Assembly: GCA_002633005.1 (NCBI GenBank)
Contig: NMRA01000810.1
Location: 1 to 64,000 of the forward strand
Direction: 5' to 3'
From: Phoronis australis
Taxonomy: Eukaryota; Animalia; Phoronida
Length of the DNA stretch: 64,000 nt
Below, one piece after another: positions 51,664-64,000 of the stretch. Made by a program: the position numbers and the translations under genes. Below the pieces are notes generated by a model. It ran no database searches. It saw nothing but the letters and a program-made list of their open reading frames with translations, and was not told the origin of the DNA. Within the stretch, counting starts at the first letter, position 1, and every line of letters starts with the position of its first letter.

Positions 51664-54643
51664 GTTTGTTTTTGTTATAAGAAAAGTTGTCATTTGTTAC
51701 ATGCTTTAGTTTCGTACTTTTCTTGACAAAGGAATATTTTCTCCATAGTTCATTTAAGTTTGTTTTCATTATAAATATATATGACCACAATATCGTTAAC
51801 AGTTGCCTAAAAATGAGCTTGCAATATTACCGCCACCAGTTCCATTGTTAACTAGCCGGCCTACTGTACCCGCATATTTTGGCAGTTGTACATTGTACGT
51901 GGTACCCATGCAGCCTGAGATCTCACTGAGTCCAGGATTGCATGAGTGAGAAAAGAGAAAAGCCAATACCGCGCCTTAAGATCTGTCTTCAAGCCAGATC
52001 GTACCTCCTCGTATTCAGCATAGCATGCACGCACCCAGGGGGGGGGGGNNNNNNNNNNNNNNNNNNNNNNNNNNNNNNNNNNNNNNNNNNNNNNNNNNNN
52101 NNNNNNNNNNNNNNNNNNNNNNNNNNNNNNNNNCCCCCCCCCCCCCCCGGCCCCCCCGCCGGCTGGGTGCGTCGGAGACTGTCAGACTGTGGCTTATAAG
52201 CTTCCATTTTAACTTAAAGTCTGACTGAGACACTCTCAGTCACGCATGGTTTGATTTCAAGTACACCAACATTTTAAAAATTTAAACCAGTATCTACCAA
52301 TGTTCACATCATGTATCAGATTGGAAATTTGCGAATGACTCAAATACGCAGTGGCAATAGAAGACCGCAATTTTACATTGACTTAACCAGTAAAAATAGA
52401 GGAAAGTTCACGTGACTTAACATCCTGATCTAGGAAAATTTGAACATTTTGTAGTTTTTTTAGGTATCCGTCTTAGGCCATTGATGAAAGAAGGCGAAAG
52501 AATATATTTATCACGTCAGCAAGGTTCTCATGTTTTGTATAATTTTGATGTTCTCAATAGTAACTTTTGCATGCCCGTTCTATCTTGTTTCAGTAGGGCT
52601 CGTTGATAATCAGGCAGATATCGAGATTTTTTATGTTTTTTATCCAGTGATTGGGCGACGGTTTTGTTTTACTACGTCATTTGATATTACCCGCCAAAAT
52701 GAGTGGACTGGCTTCCGGGAAACCATGCCAAGTTGATTATCATCAGAACATCGTATCTCTTAAAAGGTTGGTGACTAAAATGAAACTTAATTAAGACAGC
52801 TTACTTTATATACTGTTCTCCACAACGCAGTTAGGAATTTTCTAAGTGGTCCATTTTTGCACGAGGCAGCAATCAAATAATAAGATTTCTATCAAAATTT
52901 TCGAGAAAAATGTTAAAAACTGCATGAAATGAAACTGTATCAGCTTTTTGAAGATTTTATCCTGAACGGAACGTTCATTTGAAGTTTGGTCATGCTATTG
53001 ACACGGCTATTTTGTTATCTTTTTTGCTAAAATTTACCGAAAGACATGATCCAGTGACAAATTCATGTCAGACTGAGGAAAAAGACGAAAATCAAGTTCT
53101 ACAGGGTATCCGCTTTCAAAAATATATTCTTGACTTACTTCAAATCTAAAATTTTGCAGGTATGACAATCAACATACACAAAATCGTCAATAAGGTCCTG
53201 CATACTTTTTACAAAGGGTGGACCATTGAGAAGTGCTTGAAACCTCAGCGACTGTTGCCTGAAGCCTGATTTTATATGTTACCGAGAATTCTGGATTCAG
53301 CTTAGCGTCTCACACAAGACCCACTATAAAGCCATGGAACCCTTAGACAAACCTTGCATCGTTTAAAGAACGAGGCATCTGAGAGCCACATTTATGTTCT
53401 GTGCTTATGAGCAAAATGATTGTTTTGAATCAACAAAGTGCATACATTATGATAATGAATCCATGGACACTAAAGTTTGCAATGAATTTTCTAGTCGAGT
53501 ACACTTCTCTGACTTCAATAAATGAAAACAAATTACAAACAAGGCTATTTGTTTTGTCGGCATCAAGAAGGTGTTCGGCCTCTATAGGACAGGGAAACTC
53601 TGTAGACAGGTAAAGCAGGACCATAGACAAATGTCCAATTTCGGTACATCGTATCTCATAAATGGCTGATCGGATTCACACGAAACTGTCACATAGTATG
53701 CTTTATACAATATTCTCCAAAACTCTGCTAGGATTTTTAAAAATGTTCCATTTTTGCATGAGAGACTAACCACATTTTAAGAGTTGGCGGTTTTTCTGAC
53801 TCTCGTTGCGATAAGTCCTCAGTGAAGCACGAGGTGTCCTGAAATAATGATTGTAAAGATGGCCGAGTTCAGAGCTGACAAGAAAGTCTAATTAAGAGAA
53901 AAGTCTTTACAGTGATGAATTCACTTTTACAGTATATGCTGGAAATGTCCCTATCAGTATCTATAATGTAAGCAAAGCTCGAGCTTTTGAAAAGTTTTAA
54001 CGTTGTGTTTTTGCAAAGAACATACTTAAAAAAACTTTGAACTCGAAATACATTCCAAACACTAAAATGTAGAAGGCTCCAGTTTCCCGTCTTTGAAAAA
54101 CGAATGGCCACGGAAAGGCTTGAAAACATGTTTGCGAAACTTAAAAATACGAAAGCAAGCAGACTTTCATGCAGTCAGCGTTAACCAGCAAGTGTTGAAC
54201 ATCAAAATCAATGAACTCGCATTTCACAAACAATCGCAATCCACTCACACCTAACCCACCCGGCACGTCCTACTCTCAATTTACACCTAACTGCAACTAC
54301 TTAAACGATAAACTCCTAAGAGTGTGACGGATTGTTAACATAGTAATTAATGTCACGTGATGAGACCCATATCACTTACAAGCTACATGTACATGTACAT
54401 CTATGAGAAGGCAAGTGAAAATTTCACATGTTCACTGTTGAATCACATGTGTATGCAATCTAGAAACTTTCTGATCGAGTCAACAGCACATTGCAGTGTC
54501 CACAACCACTGTACACTTGCACGCACAACGATGAAAAAATATGATCTCTTTCCATTCAGTTTAAGATTAGAATTAAGAAACTACACAAGCGAGTTGACTT
54601 TAGTGTAACAATACAATGCCAGCGAAAGTGGAGCACGGAAAAA

Positions 54644-57600
54644 TTACTCGTTTGCGCACACTTCTTGGGCAACGATGCGACATCCGTTACCATAGCACGT
54701 GTACGCGACGTGTTCATCAATTCCATCACAAGAATCGACGTACATCTGGATTGTAACCTCCCCAGCCGGTAACTTGCAGAACCCGTCAACTGAAACAAAT
54801 GAAACAAAACAAATTGCAGAATCCATCAAGTCAAACGTGCGCTTTTCACATTCGCTGGTCAAAACGCAGATATCAGACCTCTCCCAACACCTAAGCGATT
54901 TCCATTCCGAATTTAGTAGCACTGGAACAACGCGGATCTTCTACACCCCCCCCCCCCCCNCCCCCCCCGTACACCTTCCATGGGGATCGTGTAGGCATCA
55001 CGGATTTCCCTATTAAACTACTATCCAATCGCCAATATAGATGTACATGTGTACACACACACAACAAAAATTATAAAGAAAACTGACTGTTGTTGTTATT
55101 GTTGTTAGCGACAATAATACCAAGTTGAAACGTCATTAACTTGGTAAATTCGCAATTTTGAGCTTGACAACCCCCTAACAGTGATCAGTGAAAGTTTTGT
55201 ATGATTGCGATATCTGTTGCTTGCTTCTAATACGACTTTGTCTTAAAAAACTTACACAAGTTTTGACCAGGTGACTATACATAGGCCTACATGTATACTC
55301 ACTCATCATCATATGAACACGGTTGTCGGCGACTACCCCTTGGGTGTAAATGCCACCGGCAATTGGTCCCGGATCCTGGCATCGTTCACCGTTCAGCAAG
55401 AATCCCCACGTGGAACACGTTCCGACTTGGCGCAGGTCCCCTTGAAAGTAAACACGGAGGTAACTGGTTGAGGACTGCTTATAGAACGTTGGTTTCTGCA
55501 ATAGAAGAGGTTTCTGTTAAAAACAGACTAGTCAAAATTTAGATTTAATCTAGGCCATTTAACTTCGTAAAATTTGTCTGATCTCGTTCTTTACTCAGTT
55601 TAACAGTGGTATTTCCGAGTTCAGGAGTGACAGGCAGTTATTTAATTAAAACAAGCTCGCAAAATTTTATATGAGGGCGCTACTAGAGGTTTTATGAACT
55701 TGTTCTCAAGAGATAAGAGACTGCCAGTTCTTAAGAAGCATTTGTCTAAGGAATAATTTGAGATCAGATTCATAGTGATAAATGGCCTCGCTTAAAAGCC
55801 CCGCACTTTTGTCTGAAAGGACGGGTTTAACGCCGCTTTAGCCGGGCCAACTTACATAATCTTAAAAACAAGATAATATTACTGGTCGGAACAAGTTTAA
55901 AAACTCTTCTATAAACCAACATTTAGCTGAAGCGCGATCAATTTGCCCATGCAGTAAGGGAATTTAGCTGAATAATGTTACCGTACTAAATGAACAACAG
56001 TTGGTGTTAGAATCACTAGGGGAGATGAAATCGTAAAGATGGGTAATGCGGCCATCGAGATGTAAAACACGTGCCGGAAATGACAACAGTGGCCCCAGAA
56101 TATATGTTTAAGGGGAGATCTCTCTGTCATGCACCACTTAAATTGCAAATTTTAAAACCGCCACTCAGCTATACGAAGCTATGACTCGTCCTAAATATTT
56201 CCTTCAGACGATAGTTTCCATCTCCAACCGTACCATTTGACAATTGCCTTAAATGATATGCTACTGTACATGTATGTCAAGGTTGACCAACCCTTCCAAA
56301 ATCATGGCCACTTCACATCAATGACAGTACGTGCCTCATTCTGCTTACGCAGGGTATACTAACTGTTGTAACGTTGTTGAGATTTGAGAGAAATCATTAC
56401 GTTTCCTGTTTACATTGAACGCAAGAATAAAAAGCACCGACAATATGGATTCTCAGTGCATCATCCGAGGCAATAAACACGACGTCATAGGGGGCGCTAT
56501 GAAACTACTACCTTTACAATTTTCACGAACAAATCTAATACTTTATGAAACGGAAAATCAATGTTGTTTGCGAAAACAGTGACACTGTTTTTGAGATCTC
56601 GTGTTGAACATTTACTTTGAATAAAATTTGGTTAGGCTACTGAATCCGGCATGGCTTTTTGTAGATAGGCCCATGGAAAATATTTCAGGTGTTTAAGTAG
56701 CAACAAATAAATTTCCGGGGTTTATTTGTAAAACAGATGTGTGTGAACGAAAAGTCATGGTTTTGCTGACTTTGAATTTTTTTACTTGAAACTGTGTTTT
56801 TAAATTTTATGTTAATAAATGCATAGCGCCGTCTGCGCACCTCTCAGGTGAACACAACTGATAACGGAGGTCTGTAGATGACATTATTTAATGTTCCTTA
56901 GTATTTCCTACCCTGGTGGAAACTTACAAGAATTAGATAAAATAGTATCAACATCTTACATATGGCAAAGTTCCGTTATCTGTAAGGTCACTCTTCTCCC
57001 AATACCATTGTTGAAAGTTGAAATCGGTGACGCTGCAGCTGTGTTTCTCGAGAAGGTCTGAAAATCGGACGGATACAACTTTTTCACAGTGCAGTATTAT
57101 TTATGGTGGGCCGTTGAGGGAAAAGTGTCGCCGTAAAATTACGCTTGTAAATTAAATGTTGAATTTTTCCCCGTAAAATTACGCTCGTAAATTACGAGCG
57201 TAAATTAAATAAGGAAATGCCGCCGTAAATTACGCTCGTAAAATACCTCAAGAACGTTCCAAATTTAAAACAATCAATGTTAACCTAACATACAAGAAAA
57301 ACCAATATGGCTACGAATGGACACGGAGATAACTTTCTCTTTAATGTGCAGCGAACTGTAAATGACATGTGTCGACGAATTTCTTCGCCTCCCGTAGAAG
57401 CAGGTGTCCTCTATTCTGTGACACAAAAGTAAATTGTTTTCAGTAGGGTGAGGTATGCTGGAAAATTAACATTCCAAGAAATTTAGAGAATGTACTCAAA
57501 AAAGTTCCTGCATCAGAAAAATGTCCCATTAATTACTGAAATTCCGTGAAAATGTCTCCCTATGTTGCGTTAGTGTAAGTCATCTTGCTATTGTCGGGGT

Positions 57601-60600
57601 TCATGTGTTTTCAGCGTCTGCATTTTGCTGAATGCTAACGCAAACACAGCTACCCTTCCTTTGACTCACTGTTGTCCGAGAATGAAATTGTTGAGATCGA
57701 TGATTTTTTATTTAATCACCAAAAATTGTAAGGTGCCGGTTGATAGTACACTGTCGACTACACATGACATATGTTTTCGTACAAAACTGGCCTCTGCCGA
57801 TCCCAGCTTCGTCAAAGCAGTCTCACAACTCGGAAATACGAACGTCCCAGTGCACCGTGTACGAACACAAGAGGGCGTGCACTATTACGAAAGTATAGTA
57901 CTCAGGAAGCGTGAACCGATTGAAACCCAAGTTGTCTTTAACAGCACATGCACTTGAACATGTGACTGTAAAAAGGAAATTGTGGTTCGCAAAAAATGAA
58001 GGAGATACAGCCGGTGAGAAAGTATTAAGTAAAACGAGAAAGAACGCCGTTGGTTTCCGGGAAAGACCACGAGTGTCGTGAAAATTGCATCACTCTGGCC
58101 TGAACATGAACGCTACGCTTTCAAGTCATCTTGTTATAGCCCTTACGAAAAATCCCAGTAAGATTTCCTATTGGATTTCTATAGAAATTCCTATAGGATT
58201 TCCTATAGGAAATCCAATAGGGTCCAATGGGCATCAAATTGGATTTTGGTCCAGTATCCTATAGGAATCCTATAGGATTTCCTGTAAGAAATCCTACAGC
58301 AATATATGGGACTTCCTATTGGATCCTATAGGATTTCTTATAGGAACCCTATTGGACTTCCTATTGGATCCGATATTATTTCCTATTGGATCTTATAGGT
58401 AATCCTATAGGATTTCTTATAGGAATCCTCTAGGGTTTCTATAGGAATCGTATGGAGTTTTATGTTGGATCCTATAGGATTTCCTATTGGATCATATAGG
58501 AAATCCAGTAGGATCCTGTAAGATTTCCTAAAGCATCCAATAGGAAACCCTATATAAATCCTTTAGGATATCCTACGAGAAACCCTATAAGAATTCGTAA
58601 AAGACTGGAATATATCCAGTAGGCAGTGCAATCGGATTCTATAAGAAGTTCAATAGGATTCTATGAAGTAATTAACATACGTACTGAATATATAAATTTA
58701 CAAAAATTAATGACTCAGAAGAGCTGAAATTATATAAAAAACAAATGGATATTTTGCTATGTAGGGCCTACTCTTAGGTTATTTGTTTGTTAAAATGCTT
58801 AGAAATCAGATTTGTGATTAAATTCCTATAGGATTTTTTCAATAGGAATTCCTGTAGGATATCTTGACCTATAGGAATCCTATAGGAAATCGATATTCCT
58901 ATAGCAATTCTTATAGGAATTTCTATAGAAATTCCTATAGGAAATCTTATCCTATAGGAATCCTATAGGGTCATTTAGGAATTCCTAACGGATCCTTTTG
59001 AATATTGTCGTAGGGAGTACATGTATACCTTTCGGTAAGGCAAACCGTGATCCACCAATTAATACTGATCCACGGATGTAGTCTCTAAACTAAGGTACAA
59101 AAGGTGCTAAGGATACCATTCATATCAAGAACAATCATTTGGAAACGGACCTTCGACCAGAGATATCAATAGCACACGTTACTATAAGCATGTGTGGGAT
59201 GCACATTCATAGAACAGATTCACAAGCAAAGATGCTGTTTCGGAACATGAACAAAGTTTATACAAAAACCGTTCTCACAGCTAAAATGGAGGGGTATTAA
59301 AGACAGTTTTGCGATGGCGAGCCACCATCGTTTCATTGTTTTATCTCAATGCAGCACATTTTAATTATAAAGGCAACATTTACGGACAATCTTCTGCTGC
59401 CGCTGCGGGTTCTCCGATCTTACTCATTGAGGCTAACGCGTACTGTATTTATGGAGTCGTTTTTAGGAACACGCTATTGTTCTGACCCGTAAGCCGCGTA
59501 GTATTTGTCTTGGAAGTTGAATGGGGTTCTGCATGCATCGTTTTGAATACAATTAGAATGTTATTCACGTGAAAAGATCCTGTTATTCCTGGATCACTTC
59601 GCATTAGCATGCCCAAGTCGTATTACATTGTTTCTACGGTCCTTTGCCGGCTCTTGAATCGAAAGCAGACGATCTTCAATTAGATTGACTAGATTTGTAC
59701 CTCAGCAATTTTATTTAAAAAACCATTAAGTTTGCCCATCTAGGAGAAAAATCCAGTCTTCAAACTATTACGTTGCAAGATAACTTTCGATTTCAGCTTT
59801 GACCGATTTCGGTCTTAACTTTGGTCATTACAAATTTCCAGAATCTGGGCTCAGACATTTAGGTCTTAAGTACTTCGTCAGATTTTGATCCAAGTTAAGA
59901 CAGAAACAGTTTCACAAAACGACCCCTAGGCGTTATTTGGCTGTTTGATAAGCAGACTGAAGACATTGCCGTTTAACTTCTGTTTCATGGGTCTTTCTGT
60001 TGGTCCAACCTTATTTACTGTCACGTATTAATTCGGATGTTATCCCACTGGACTTACATGTATGACGTTCTGTTCACATGTGCTCTGCTGCTCCAGACGA
60101 GCTATAGCGAGCTCTGCAGCATTTCCAGTGTTCAGAAAATCGGGTTTCCAGTGGTCGTAATGGTTGACCGATGTAGGATTCGCTACATTGACTCAGAATT
60201 TGATAAACGATGTTCTTCTGTCATTGTTTTGACCTTGGTCAGGCGTCGACCACGATATACATGTAAAGACAGCGACGTAGCATACATGTACATCGGTGAA
60301 TCAGATTGCACCCTCATAGCNAGGCAGGTTACTTTAATGTTTTCACCTATGCTTCCATGGTTAGTGAATTTAATGGACCTTGTTTGCGGGTGGATAAATC
60401 GTGAATTTGCATAATATAAGCAAATTAAGGCCGCCATTATTCAAAATTCGACTTGTGCTGATAGCTGAATTACCAGGCACCCCAAGTAAACTATTTTAAC
60501 CCCTTTACCAAAGTTTCTGTGAAATCAGTTTGCAAGTTGTTGCATGATGAATTTTCATAATTTAAACAAATAAAAGACACCAGTATTCCGAATACTGTTT

Positions 60601-62745
60601 TTGCTCATAAATTCCTTACGGGGATTCTACGTAGATTATTTTCGTATTGATCTCATGTTTTTATGGTCATCATGAATGTGCATAATTTGGTAATTTACAC
60701 AAATTACAACTGCCATATTCAAAATTGTACTAGTGCTTATAACTGTTGCATAAGATACCAGAGGTAGTTATAAATATTTGCACCAATGTTTCAGTGGTCA
60801 ATGAATTTAATGAAATCTGTTTGCAGGTTGTAGCATGATAAATTTGCAGAGTCTCCTAGTTTTTTAATGATGAAGTAAGAAAGTATTTTCTGTAGTGTGT
60901 GTTCTGAAGTTTAATACCTTAAATTCCAAAAAGATATTGCCTATTGCCCTGCACTTCCATACACCATAGAAAAGACGAAGAGTAGTTTAATGACTTGGGT
61001 GAATGTTGGAATGGGGCTCGGACCGATCAGTTTGTTGGGACGACATTCATTAGGTACGAATACAGTAGTGACGGCACTATCAATGCACGTGTTTCTGATG
61101 TCATGAAACACGCAACTAAATGTATGTGTGCCTGTTATGGAATGAAGACAATCAGGAAAATGCCAGGAACCAGACTTCCAGTATGGGGAAGAGAAACGGC
61201 AAGAAATATATGTCCGCCCCCAAACTGTCACCGACAACATAGACATTCACAGAGAATGTAAATGTAAACAGAGCCCATTACCAGTCAGTCACGTGGTGGA
61301 ATGTCACCAGCACTAGATCCAGAGCACTATGGTGTCTAACCCGCTTCTATTGTGTGCTGGTGATGATTAGCTGTGGCTTCAAAGGTCAGATTTCATGAAA
61401 TTCAGGTAGATACACCCCCACACAATACTTTGAGCACGTTATACCATGCGCGCACCCGGGGGGGGGCTCTGGGGGCTCAAATAACCCCCCATTTGGCGAA
61501 GTGGACAAGAATGTCCGCATTACTGACTGATTTAATAGTAAAAGGTTCACATCGACAAGAATTCGAGCCCCTCACATTGAAGACTGGGTGTGCGCATGTA
61601 TATTGCAGTGCTCTCACGTTCCGCATGTCGAATTACGTTTTAAAACGTCTTGTGACTGATCTCCATTAGATAGGTTATGTCCTGGTTTTGTGCCATTAAA
61701 CAATTTGGTCATCTACTACATATACCCTGGATATCAGACAAAACTAGAATTTGTAATGTTGTATAATAAACTACAGATTTTGTACATATATGATGTAATG
61801 ACATTAAATTCAGCAAAATACCAAAATAATCTGGACGTAGTGCCCCCCGTAAGAATGTTATGAGCAGAAACATAATTTTTAATAATGGTCGCCTTTATTT
61901 GCATAAATTACGCGAATTTTTCATGTAACTTGTCAACTGATTTCATTAAGCTAATTGATTATAGGAACCTAGGTTCAAATATCATGAGAGTTTACCTGTG
62001 GTGCTTGGTACGGCAGCTATAAGCACAAGTATAATTTTGAATAACTGTCACACGCGCCAGAATATTCGGCAACAATGCTGTCGTCAAAGTAGCAGTGCAT
62101 TGATACCGTAAGCTATTGTGTCAAGACTAGGTCCCGCTATACTGTCACTTACTGTGCGGAGGCGCTATACAGATGTAAAAAAATGGTTGGCTGGGCCTAC
62201 ATCCCACTGTAAGGTAACGTACAGTCGGCACTACAGATGTACGTTTAAACGCCAAAAGGTGGTCGGTTGCGCCTACGTGCACATGCGTCCCAGTACAGCA
62301 CTGTTCTTCTGGCTGCGAAGGATTTAAAGTGCTAAACAATGAACCCAACTGGAGCAGATGCGGTGAGACAGCATCTATACAGATGGCCATACATTACCCA
62401 AAAGGGGCTTGTAAAATTCTACCTTCCAATAAATCTGCCTACAACTGCTGCTCCCCTACATGTACATCCTAGAAAACGATTCGGAAGCGCGCTGTCATCG
62501 AAATGCTCTCAAAACAATCCTTCGATCTAAGCTGTGAGTATCAGGTTTAAGTCTTGTTCTTGCATCTGAAACAAAGAGACACATAGAGAACATACCCACT
62601 GCGCAAGGAACTCCCATTCTTACTTCCTCGACAATCCATCTGCTTAAAGTGTGCCCCGTTGTAGTACCTTTCACGGAACCGCTCGTTTTCACGTGCAGTG
62701 AGACGGTTAGTTTACCGGAAGGTAGACCTCTGCAGATACCGTCGA
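54644..62745 (-). CDS. 3' part of a CTHRC1-C-terminal-domain-containing protein (5' exons not identified)
   Basis: Exons 62745-62596 (VDGICRGLPSG...SRWIVEEV), 57057-56960 (NFQQWYW...DNGTL), 55495-55303 (TFYKQSSTSYLRVYFQGDLR...WGFLLNGERCQDPGPI) and 54789-54644 (IDGFCKLPAGEVTI...RIVAQEV*). These parallel the CTHRC1 motifs FTK-SALRV-F-G-LR, W-F-FNG-EC--P-PI, VEG-C and SRIIIEE. Splice phases 1,0,1 are consistent. Confidence 0.75.
57108..57260. repeat. Cluster of palindromic cgtaaattacg motifs, probably a transposon end
   Basis: ccgtaaaattacgctcgtaaattacgagcgtaaatt and variants recur several times. Confidence 0.5.
58140..59015. mobile_element. MITE with CCC...GGG termini, 2-bp AG TSD and dense tcctatagga palindromic subrepeats (EnSpm/CMC-like)
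   Basis: ag|CCCTTACGAAAAAT ... ATATTGTCGTAGGG|ag; many cctatagg / tcctattgga motifs inside. Confidence 0.65.
59950..60245 (-). mobile_element. Degenerate Penelope-like GIY-YIG endonuclease fragment
   Basis: My translation of the - strand gives KNIVYQILSQCSESYIGQPLRPLETRFSEHW...SGAAEHM*, followed by QWDNIRI. This matches the PLE pattern VY-I-C--C---YIG-T-R-L--R--EH...A-EH. Confidence 0.7.
60340..60860. repeat. Two degenerate ~290-bp units of another interspersed repeat; inverted relative at ~61880-62045
   Basis: gcataat...gccat(t)attcaaaatt...gtgct(g/t)ata(g/a)ctg...gaaatc(a/t)gtttgca(a/g)gttgt(t/a)gcatgat occurs twice, with a reverse-complement match near 61880-62045. Confidence 0.5.
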
Positions 62746-63085
62746 CTAAAAGAATAAAATAAAACAACGTCAGCAGTTACTGGGAATTTCCGTAGATAAG
62801 TCCACCTGATGAAATGCCCTTGGAGCTTTACTTGGAAAATTATGCCGAATAAAGGTCCATGGCGTTTGTTTGGAGTTGCAACTTCTGGAGTCAAACGGCC
62901 AGATAGTGGGGCGTTTATTAGGAAGTTTCTTCTTAAAGGGGGTATGTTGAAAGCTATAATTCGTTTAAAATACACTCCCCTCCCACTTCCACACAAAACT
63001 TGGAGAACACAATATGTTCAACTTCGGCTATTTTCAGAAAAACGTCACAAAAGGGAGGTGACCCGATCATTGCCGGGTCTGTCTA

Positions 63086-63398
63086 CCCGGGTGAGAATTT
63101 GGCACGTTTGACACGCTCTAAAAACGTGGAGTGTTGGAACGCCCTAAAAGCGTGTCAAACGTGTAAAACGTGGCGTGTTAAACGTGTAAATTGTAGCGTG
63201 TCAAACGTGTCAAGAGCGTGTCAAAAACGTGTACTTTTCGTTCCAATACTTAGCGTGTCAAACGTGTAAATTAGAGCAAACGTGGCTCTATTGACCCGCT
63301 AGCGTGTCGAACTTGGCGCTTTTGACACGCTAGCGTGTCGAACGTGGCGCTTTTGACACGCTAGCGTGTCGAACGTGGCGCTTTTGCCACGCTAGCCT
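63086..63398. repeat. agcgtgtc/acgtg subrepeat array ending in a 31-bp tandem x3; probable transposon terminus
   Basis: Repeated gcgtgtcaaacgtg; gctagcgtgtcgaacgtggcgcttttgacac x3 at ~63298-63395. Confidence 0.7.
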
Positions 63399-64000
63399 GT
63401 TATCTGCCATTGCCATGGTAACGACCCCACATTTACACGTAGCCTGAGGCCGTGTACAAGACATATTGTTTGTGTTTATACATGTAGCAGCTCACCATCC
63501 ACCATCCATCATGGAAATCCATACTAAAAGCAAATGTATAAAGGAATTTCTTCTTTAAGTCACTGTTAATTGTAACATGTAAACTAGAAAGATTATTGTC
63601 ACGGCGTGACAATAACGGACTCTGCGCGTGCGTATTACTGGAATTATTATAGGAAGTTACTGACAGCAACCCGTTTACCAATATGAAAAAGAATTCTTTA
63701 AAATTGTAGGAGAAATTACATATCAATTTTTTGATGACCTTTCCACTAATTTACCTCTTCTGGTGCATTATGAGCCCCGACTAGGGAGTAATTAACTCGA
63801 TTAAAAGTGTGGTTATTGCTAATAATCACAGATGTTTTACTTTAAGGACTTCAGAATACAAGATGAATGAAGTGGTCAAACTTTCAGAAGAAAAATGCAT
63901 CTAATGACCCCATGGGTGCACCAAATGACCTGAAAATTTAGAATTCAAACTCAATCGCACTTAGTAAACAGATACGTAATTCTGAAGTCTCTAGCTCAAA

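Noticed and set aside
50531-52233. ORFs running through X or poly-Pro/Gly stretches
   Set aside because: Artefacts of N gaps and G/C homopolymers; the real TTC19 exon 1 in this interval is reported separately.
62145-62390. Possible extra exon of the CTHRC1-like gene
   Set aside because: Weak acceptor, no domain similarity, and not needed for phase continuity.

Overview
AT-rich, intron-containing DNA from an animal genome, most likely a heterozygous invertebrate draft assembly; it is not prokaryotic. Five protein-coding genes can be reconstructed by hand from GT-AG splice sites with matching phases. Three are tandem rho/'GST-A'-class glutathione S-transferases on the + strand, each with 5 coding exons and identical intron positions and phases. 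One is a two-exon TTC19 on the - strand with a mitochondrial-type leader. The last is the 3' end of a - strand gene with CTHRC1-type C-terminal domain(s) and no visible collagen helix. The rest is dense with transposon relics: Helentron-associated (HINE/DINE-1-like) elements with internal ~450-bp tandem arrays, Penelope-like GIY-YIG fragments, a Kolobok-like element with a THAP fragment, several MITE/foldback elements with readable TSDs, and a 16-bp minisatellite. The most notable observations are (1) a tRNA-Lys-headed, SINE-like unit ending in a Penelope-type minimal hammerhead ribozyme, arranged head-to-head at 7300-7683; (2) HINE arrays carrying a CTCF-like motif every ~150 bp, in convergent orientation around the GST cluster; and (3) the putative multi-CTHRC1-domain protein. 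Several apparent duplications flank single-N joins and are probably haplotype assembly artefacts. All family assignments are by motif recognition only; no searches were run.
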